Assembly: GCA_043732305.1 (NCBI GenBank)
Contig: JAYTHU010000231.1
Span: forward strand, 38,339-102,338
DNA from: Oligoflexia bacterium
Lineage (GTDB): Bacteria; Bdellovibrionota; Bdellovibrionia; JABDDW01
Length of the DNA: 64,000 bases
Direction of reading: 5' to 3'
Shown here: in pieces, positions 19,676 to 25,735 of the stretch
Numbering within the stretch: the stretch's first letter is position 1
Layout of the letters: each line of letters begins with the position of its first letter
Made by a program: the position numbers and the translations under genes
The notes under the pieces: generated by a model
What the model saw: the letters and a program-made list of their open reading frames with translations, nothing else
Databases searched by the model: none
Told to the model about the DNA's origin: nothing

Positions 19676-20992
19676 TCAAATCAGGGGCCCTATGACTCGT
19701 CCCAATCCTTCAGCGAGGTCAACCCAGTATCCGTTTCGTAGGTTAGCGATGGAAGATTCTGAGAATGAATTTCTAAACCAATTTTCAACTTGGGAAATAC
19801 CGGCAGGTGATAGCAATGAAACACCAATCTCATAGTTTAAGAGAAGACTTCTCATATCAAAATTTGCGGATCCAATAACAGCATTCGTCTCATCAAAGAG
19901 AACAGCTTTTGCGTGCATCATCCTCGGATAAAAATTAATTCGGCAGCCCGACTGAGAAAGTTGTTTGAGATAAGTTCCACGAGCTAAATCTGCAAGGAAG
20001 TGATTTGAATTTTTAGGCACTAGAATTTGAACGTCCACTCCCCGCTTTCCGGCCAACTCCAAAGCCTTTGCTAATGACTCATCGGGAATAAAGTAAGGAG
20101 TCGCTATCCATACTTTCTTTTTTGCGCCATAGATTGAGGTCAATAACGAATCATAGAGGGCATCCGCTTTCACATCAGGACCGCTCGGAATAATTTGGGC
20201 CATATTGTTACTAGAATTTCCCTCAGCACCGCTTCCTTTTATCAGCAAAGTTTCACCGGTCACGAATTTCCAATCTTGTCGAAAAATAGCTTCCGTATCA
20301 CGAGCGGAGGCGCCCTCAATGACAACGCACAAATCCATCCATGTGGAGGGGTTTGAATATAGCCCCATATACTCTCTCGCAATATTTACTCCACCTAAAA
20401 GAACTTTTTCCGAATCAACGCTTAAGATTTTCCGGTGATTTCTAAAATTTGATCGCCCCTTAGTTGGCAAGTGGATCAAAGGCATAAACTGGGCTATCTG
20501 ACCACCGCAGTTTTTAAATTCTTTGAACGAAGGTTTATTGACCCAAAGAGCGCCAAGTGAATCCAACAACACTCGAACCACAACTCCTTCTTTGGCTTTT
20601 TTCTCTAAAAGTTTGACCAAGGATTTTCCAACATCGTCATTGGCAAAAATAAAAGTCGAAAGGTAAATAGTATTTTTAGCCGATTCTAAAAGCTTCTCGA
20701 TATTCGAATAAATCTCTTCCTCTGAAGATACTAAATGGATACTTCGATTCTCCTTGGGACGTAGCAGTCCATCGATATCTTTGTTTTGTGGTTGATTCTT
20801 AAATTTACGATTGCTTAGAAAAATATAAACGGGAATCCCTACGTAAGGGATAGTAGCAACAAAGAATAACCATGCTAAGGTGCTGCCAGGAGGTTTTTGC
20901 GTGCGTCGAAGAATATATGAAATAAAAATCAACGTGAGTACAAAATTTACAACGACGTACGAATGGTGAAGCGGCCAGGTCTCTATTTTCAT
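19676..20992 (-). CDS. cls: Cardiolipin synthase (PLD family with N-terminal TM hairpin)
   Basis: STLAWL..IPYVG N-terminal domain; two HKD motifs (NHRKILSVD, HAKAVLFD); TPYFIPD; GSANFDMRS. Confidence 0.9.
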   Translation of the reverse strand: MKIETWPLHHSYVVVNFVLTLIFISYILRRTQKPPGSTLAWLFFVATIPYVGIPVYIFLSNRKFKNQPQNKDIDGLLRPKENRSIHLVSSEEEIYSNIEKLLESAKNTIYLSTFIFANDDVGKSLVKLLEKKAKEGVVVRVLLDSLGALWVNKPSFKEFKNCGGQIAQFMPLIHLPTKGRSNFRNHRKILSVDSEKVLLGGVNIAREYMGLYSNPSTWMDLCVVIEGASARDTEAIFRQDWKFVTGETLLIKGSGAEGNSSNNMAQIIPSGPDVKADALYDSLLTSIYGAKKKVWIATPYFIPDESLAKALELAGKRGVDVQILVPKNSNHFLADLARGTYLKQLSQSGCRINFYPRMMHAKAVLFDETNAVIGSANFDMRSLLLNYEIGVSLLSPAGISQVENWFRNSFSESSIANLRNGYWVDLAEGLGRVIGPLI

Positions 20993-21012
20993 CGTAACAT
21001 TATAACTTATTT

Positions 21013-21753
21013 ATGAAAAAACTTAGAGTATTATCCTACAATATGCACAAGGGATTCAGCGGTGGAATTCCCAAGTATACCTTCCATCAGATGAGAGCGG
21101 AAATCAGGAAACTTGCGCCCGATTTAGTTTTTCTCCAAGAAGTTCAAGGAAATCACTTTGAGCTCATCGCGGGAGAAATGTGGCCGCATTTTTCATATGG
21201 GAAAAACGTCATTCGCCCACGGGGCCATCATGGCAACGCTTTTCTGAGTAAATTTCCGATTTTATTTTCGGAAAACATCAATATTTCACAGAATCGATTG
21301 GAGAAGAGAGGCCTTCTGCATGTTGTTCTGCAACAAGCGCCTGACCTTCCAAAACTACATGCGATCTGTACCCACCTCAATTTATTTGAAGCTAGCCGCC
21401 GAGTACAACTTGAGAAGATCGCTCTTCACATCAAAAACAATATTCCCGAAGTGGATTCACTGATATTGGCTGGAGATTTCAACGATTGGAGACAAAGTGC
21501 CGATGGCATTTTATCAAAAAGTTTAAAACTTACTGAAGCCTTTAAAAAACTTCATGGAAAACACGCCAAATCTTTTCCCTCAAATTTTCCGATGTTGTCC
21601 TTAGACAGGGTTTATTTTCGAGGCTTTCAAACTCACAGAGCTCTATGCTTGAATATGCCGCCGTGGAATAAACTTTCGGACCATCTACCTCTATACGTCG
21701 AACTTCGCGAAGCAACTCATGAAAGCCAACCAATTATTTCTTCTCGACGATAG
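21013..21753 (+). CDS. Endonuclease/exonuclease/phosphatase family protein (YbhP-like)
   Basis: SYNMHKG, DLVFLQEV, HHGNAFLS, LAGDFNDW, LDRVY, SDHLP. Confidence 0.9.
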   Translation: MKKLRVLSYNMHKGFSGGIPKYTFHQMRAEIRKLAPDLVFLQEVQGNHFELIAGEMWPHFSYGKNVIRPRGHHGNAFLSKFPILFSENINISQNRLEKRGLLHVVLQQAPDLPKLHAICTHLNLFEASRRVQLEKIALHIKNNIPEVDSLILAGDFNDWRQSADGILSKSLKLTEAFKKLHGKHAKSFPSNFPMLSLDRVYFRGFQTHRALCLNMPPWNKLSDHLPLYVELREATHESQPIISSRR

Positions 21754-22026
21754 TTTCCTCCTAAAATTTCACCCCAGGATCAACTTCATCGTCGCGCAAA
21801 CACACGTGGGCTTCATCTTTGCTTTCTTTCATGACGACGGAGCCTTTCATAGCTCTGTGTAGGGTGAGTTGCTCGATTCGCTTTTCTGAGTATTCGTTAA
21901 TTTTCAGTTTTAAGTAATTTCAATAACTTGCCATGCTTCAATTGTCGCTCTTGTCTACTCGTGACCGTCAGTTTCGACGGGGGACGTTCCACAATTGGAG
22001 CGGAAAAGTTTTTTACTTTGTAAAGA

Positions 22027-23178
22027 TTAAGAAAAAGTGACGCGAGAATCAATGGGTAGACGAATCAAAAAGACTAGTCTGAGTACTAGCAAAAGACATA
22101 CACTCAAAAGGACTGGGATCATATTTTCAACTTGGACTTTGCTTCCAACAAAAAATCCTAAACATACACCCAGATCAATTAAAAAATTGAGGGTGCCGAG
22201 GCGTCTTCCCAAACTAATTTCTGGTCCACTAATTCCCGCGTAAATCTGCAAGTAAAAAGAAAATAAAGGACAACAACAAATATAAAGCGAAGAAAAACCA
22301 ATCACAACAAATGCTCTTTTTGAGATGAAGGCATAAATGATAAAACCTAAAGCTAATATGGTAATGGGTAAGAAAAACTGTTTGAGTTTTGCAGTTTCAA
22401 TTTTTCTTATAAGCAACAGACCAATTAAGCTTGCTATTCCTCCACAAACCCAAAAAGCTGATACAAGAGATACAGATTTAAACAAAAGAATCTTTTGTAC
22501 AAAAAAGGGATTCAATGGGATTGAAACTAAGCCAACCAAAATACATCCAAAAATAAAATCAACCGACTTTAATCCCGCCAACTCCGCTAATATTTCAGAG
22601 CTCTTCATAATATCTTTAATTTTTTGTGTTAAAATTAATTCTCTTTTTGTAAGTAGATAGGACTGTATGATACCAGCCCCAATATATAGTGTTGCGCAAA
22701 AGAAAATGGCCATAAAACCGAAATAGATAAAAATGAGCGGACCTGCACCAAAACCAATCAGTTTTGCGCACGTCACCAAAAATGTGCGATTGAAGAATCT
22801 GTGTTTTAATTCCGCAGTCGAGAAGCCGGCAAGAAGCCACTTAGACTCAACTACATTGCTCATAGCTAAAATAAAATATAACAAAGGCAGGCTATAAATT
22901 GCAAAAACTAGATGTTTTGTTTTCAAAAAGGCAGAAATTGCCATCACTAGTAAAGCACAAAGGAATTGGCAAACAACGGCTGCGCGCTTTTGGAACCTGG
23001 AATCTGATATGATTCCCCCAAGCAAATCAAATCCTAGCGATCCTAAAATAGCGGAAAAATATATTTGAGAAAGATTATAATCGTTGTGATTCAGCGAAGA
23101 CAAGAGAAGTGGAAAGCCAGTCCAAAAGAGACAACCAGCTAAAGTACTCATCAACGAAGACCCAAGAAGCAAAATCAT
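22027..23178 (-). CDS. MFS-type transporter (probable exporter)
   Basis: About 11-12 hydrophobic segments and a GGIISDSRFQK motif-A-like loop. ATG 23178 overlaps the dioxygenase TGA (ATGA); 23193 is an alternative start. Confidence 0.75.
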   Translation of the reverse strand: MILLLGSSLMSTLAGCLFWTGFPLLLSSLNHNDYNLSQIYFSAILGSLGFDLLGGIISDSRFQKRAAVVCQFLCALLVMAISAFLKTKHLVFAIYSLPLLYFILAMSNVVESKWLLAGFSTAELKHRFFNRTFLVTCAKLIGFGAGPLIFIYFGFMAIFFCATLYIGAGIIQSYLLTKRELILTQKIKDIMKSSEILAELAGLKSVDFIFGCILVGLVSIPLNPFFVQKILLFKSVSLVSAFWVCGGIASLIGLLLIRKIETAKLKQFFLPITILALGFIIYAFISKRAFVVIGFSSLYICCCPLFSFYLQIYAGISGPEISLGRRLGTLNFLIDLGVCLGFFVGSKVQVENMIPVLLSVCLLLVLRLVFLIRLPIDSRVTFS

Positions 23179-23795
23179 CTTACACCTATCCAATAACGCC
23201 GAAGAAATCTTGCTGAGTCTTCTGCTAACCTTCCCCTACGATGTAAGTATCTATTGTTGTCAATTATTAGCAAATCGTGCTTTTCCCAATAAAATGTAAC
23301 TCGAAACTTTTCACTTTCTTTGATCGCCTTGCAAATACTTCTAACAACGCTTTCCGATTTTTTTTGAGCTACTAACCAAGGACAAAAATACATTATTTCA
23401 ACGCCCTTGATATTTCTTAGAAGCATCGGTACGTGAGAAGTCTCTTTAACACCATTTACCTCCGTAAAAATTTTTCTCATTTTGCATTTAACCGTATTGG
23501 AAATGATATTCTGAATATTAAGCCCGTCTAGAATTTCTGTTGCTTCCCGTGGCTGCGAACCCGGATTATAGCAATGCCAAGCGATCCATTGTGCCTCGGG
23601 TGCATCATTGTGCCAAGCTATCGGTTCCTTTTTAAAAACTTTCGAGTTTTTTAACGGCATCAATTTTACATCTGTAACGAGCAAAATCTTACCTAAATAT
23701 TTAATAACTGACTCAGCACTATCTTTTTTAATGTTTTTGATTAAAACAAAACCATTTGGTCTGAGTTCTTCGGCCAATATCTTTTTAATCATCAC
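23175..23795 (-). CDS. TauD/TfdA-family Fe(II)/2-oxoglutarate dioxygenase (compact)
   Basis: NGFVLIK, WHND (HxD), and WEKHDLLIIDNNRYLHRR (distal His plus 2OG-binding Arg). Confidence 0.85.
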   Translation of the reverse strand: MMIKKILAEELRPNGFVLIKNIKKDSAESVIKYLGKILLVTDVKLMPLKNSKVFKKEPIAWHNDAPEAQWIAWHCYNPGSQPREATEILDGLNIQNIISNTVKCKMRKIFTEVNGVKETSHVPMLLRNIKGVEIMYFCPWLVAQKKSESVVRSICKAIKESEKFRVTFYWEKHDLLIIDNNRYLHRRGRLAEDSARFLRRYWIGVR

Positions 23796-24242
23796 TTATT
23801 CCACCATCTCTGGGAAATGCTTTGCGACAAGTCTCAAGGTGTTATCAATCATCTCTTTTTCACAACTGTGACTAATGAATGTGCCCTTGAGTCCCGCGTA
23901 AGGAAAGTGATGCAAATATTTACCGAAGATCAAATTACAATTTTTTTTGTAATTTCTTGTGTCGAGAATATGCAAATGCCAAAATTCGTCGATCTCATAG
24001 GTGGGAACTATAAACTGCCGCGGGTACCTCTTGCATAAATACAAGAATATCCTGTATTGTTCTCCAACTTGATGCGCTTTTTCTTTGCTCCAGCCATATC
24101 CTGAGGGCCCGCTAAGGCTTTTAGTCTTAATCCGATTTAAGTTAAGTGTGTCAAGAACCGACAAACCAGTTCTTAGTTTCTTAAATTGTTTTTCTCCAAA
24201 TAACTTTTTTGGAGAGTTAAACATATAGTATTTAGATTTCAT
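23796..24242 (-). CDS. Glycine-rich-domain-containing-protein-like (GRDP/DUF1399-like) protein
   Basis: YRIFLYL, IVPTYEIDEFWHLHILDTRNY..C..IFGKYLHHFPY: the conserved P..D..WH.HIL.T..Y / HH.P core of this family. GAGGA RBS. Confidence 0.78.
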   Translation of the reverse strand: MKSKYYMFNSPKKLFGEKQFKKLRTGLSVLDTLNLNRIKTKSLSGPSGYGWSKEKAHQVGEQYRIFLYLCKRYPRQFIVPTYEIDEFWHLHILDTRNYKKNCNLIFGKYLHHFPYAGLKGTFISHSCEKEMIDNTLRLVAKHFPEMVE

Positions 24243-24266
24243 GACATTTCCTCAATTGAAAAATGC

Positions 24267-24287
24267 TACGGCCTTAAGGTGACCGTA
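24267..24287 (-). terminator. Intergenic hairpin (partial terminator or stabiliser) between the peptide gene and the GRDP-like gene
   Basis: Minus-strand RNA UACGGUC-ACCUUAA-GGCCGUA is a 7-bp stem with one G-U pair, followed by GCAUUUUU. Confidence 0.55.
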
Positions 24288-24297
24288 CCGAAGCTAC

Positions 24298-24351
24298 TTA
24301 TTTATAGCTGGTAGGATTTCCAGTTTTATACGACCATTTGATTTTTTTCAT
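24298..24351 (-). CDS. Unannotated 17-aa peptide MKKIKWSYKTGNPTSYK (candidate RiPP precursor or leader peptide)
   Basis: AAAGGAGG-aaat-ATG perfect Shine-Dalgarno; TAA at 24298; lies between a sigma-54 promoter and the enzyme genes. Confidence 0.7.
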   Translation of the reverse strand: MKKIKWSYKTGNPTSYK

Positions 24352-24381
24352 ATTTCCTCCTTTCTTGAATTAACTCAAATC

Positions 24382-24397
24382 TGCAAGGTAGGGGCCA
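24382..24397 (-). promoter_or_regulatory. Sigma-54 (-24/-12) promoter of the peptide operon
   Basis: Minus strand TGGCCC-CTACC-TTGCA. Predicted start about 24371, roughly 20 nt before the peptide ATG. Confidence 0.7.
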
Positions 24398-24479
24398 ATG
24401 GATATTTACAGAACATGCGCCTCCCTTATTCACCTAAGATTTGAGTTCCAAAAAAAAAGAAGTAGGCACATCCTACACA

Positions 24480-24516
24480 TGCAAAATAATTTGCATTTCG
24501 CAAATTATTTTTTGCG
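24480..24516. promoter_or_regulatory. Palindromic site, candidate enhancer-binding-protein UAS
   Basis: AAAATAATTTGC-ATTTC-GCAAATTATTTT is a perfect 12-bp inverted repeat containing TGCA-N8-TGCA, about 110-140 nt upstream of the predicted start. Confidence 0.5.
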
Positions 24517-24627
24517 GTTGGGAGAAATGAGGGTTCTCTAGCTAGGTAACTGAGGAATCATATATTCCGACTTAAAAAAAGTAGGATCTCGTCTAGGGGA
24601 AATAATACGGAGGGACTAAAACCTTGC

Positions 24628-25176
24628 TTACAGCTTTGATTTTTGTAACGCCTTAAGTTGTTCTAAGAAAATTTTCAATTTATCTAACATTCCTTCAGAG
24701 GCTGACCATTTCTTTACCTTTTCTAATTTGATGGGATGATTCTTAGCTACTAAAAGTGCCTGCTCTAAACTCTGTCTATCCTTCCAATGATAGAAAGCCG
24801 CAAGACGGTCCATCACACACTGAGTAGGCGAAAGCAGTTTCAGAACAAATTTACCCGATTTAATTCTTGCCTCTGGCTTTTCTGGAGTATCACCAATCAT
24901 GAGGGTCCTTCCAGGAAACTCTACATAAAACGAAGCTCCGGAATGATAAAAATCTTTACCCTCAATTTTAAAACCTAGGGAGTACATCACTTTCTCAATT
25001 TTTTGATGATCGACAATGCTAAGGAAATTAACATCTTTCGATTTATATTTGTTATTTGAATAAATAGATACGACTGCGCCCCCAACAAGAATAACATCGA
25101 TGTCATGTTTTTCTAATTCTGCAGCTACAGTGATCGCAAATTCCCAAAGTGACATTTTTTTATTTAAACTTTTCAC
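24628..25176 (-). CDS. Nucleotidyltransferase-fold protein (type IV TA toxin-like)
   Basis: VILVGGAVVSIYS..Y.SKDVNF, VEFP, LSPTQCVMDRLAAFYHW.D..SLEQA; GTG start. Confidence 0.7.
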   Translation of the reverse strand: MKSLNKKMSLWEFAITVAAELEKHDIDVILVGGAVVSIYSNNKYKSKDVNFLSIVDHQKIEKVMYSLGFKIEGKDFYHSGASFYVEFPGRTLMIGDTPEKPEARIKSGKFVLKLLSPTQCVMDRLAAFYHWKDRQSLEQALLVAKNHPIKLEKVKKWSASEGMLDKLKIFLEQLKALQKSKL

Positions 25177-25501
25177 AATGCTTTGCCCGTTCTTCGTGGC
25201 CTCCGGCGCTGCCTATAATATTTTTTTTTTCTTCTGCTGAAATAAACATGAGGGCCTTTTCACAAAGCCGTTCCACTTCAATTTTGAGAGGATACCGTGG
25301 ATTAAATGTGAACATACGAAGATTTCCTAAGTCTCGGCCAACAAGAATTTCACCTTTTTCCAGACGAATGAGTTGTTTACGAACTTGTGACTTAGACAAC
25401 TTGAATGTGTTGGCTATGCCAGAAATATTTCCTTCTCCGTAATTTGTTATATAGAGGAGAATGCGTTCGGCTGTCTTATTACCTACTAAGGATTCAAGCA
25501 T
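25160..25501 (-). CDS. Winged-helix (ArsR-like) regulator/antitoxin, C-terminus frameshifted at an A10 tract
   Basis: MLESLVGNKTAERILLY...SQVRKQLIRLE..GEILV...FNPRYP. One extra A at 25221-25230 gives KKKYYRQRRRPRRTGKAL*, whose stop overlaps the next GTG. Confidence 0.75.
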   Translation of the reverse strand: MLESLVGNKTAERILLYITNYGEGNISGIANTFKLSKSQVRKQLIRLEKGEILVGRDLGNLRMFTFNPRYPLKIEVERLCEKALMFISAEEKKNIIGSAGGHEERAKHCEKFK

Positions 25502-25612
25502 ATGTTTATATTAGCACAAAGTAGAACGATTGTACTATTTAATAGAACGGAAAAATTTGACTCGTTCCAAGAGCCGAAATTTTTACTAGTGATTTCAAAT
25601 AGTTATCAGATT

Positions 25613-25702
25613 TGGTGGAGAGGGTGAGATTCGAACTCACGAACCCCGTGAAGGGTCTCCAGTTTTCAAGACTGGTGCGATCAACCGCTCTGCCACCTCT
25701 CC
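25613..25702 (-). tRNA. tRNA-Ser(TGA)
   Basis: GGAGAGG...CCTCTCC acceptor stem, CCAGT-CTTGAAA-ACTGG anticodon arm, long variable arm, GTTCGAATC T-loop, encoded CCA; 90 nt. Confidence 0.97.
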
Positions 25703-25735
25703 AAGTGACGGACATTTAAGGATTAATGTAAAAGT

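Noticed and set aside
24298..24447. Type I toxin-antitoxin reading of the small peptide plus long inverted repeat
   Set aside because: The peptide is hydrophilic with no TM helix, and the repeat brackets the predicted promoter rather than sequestering the RBS.
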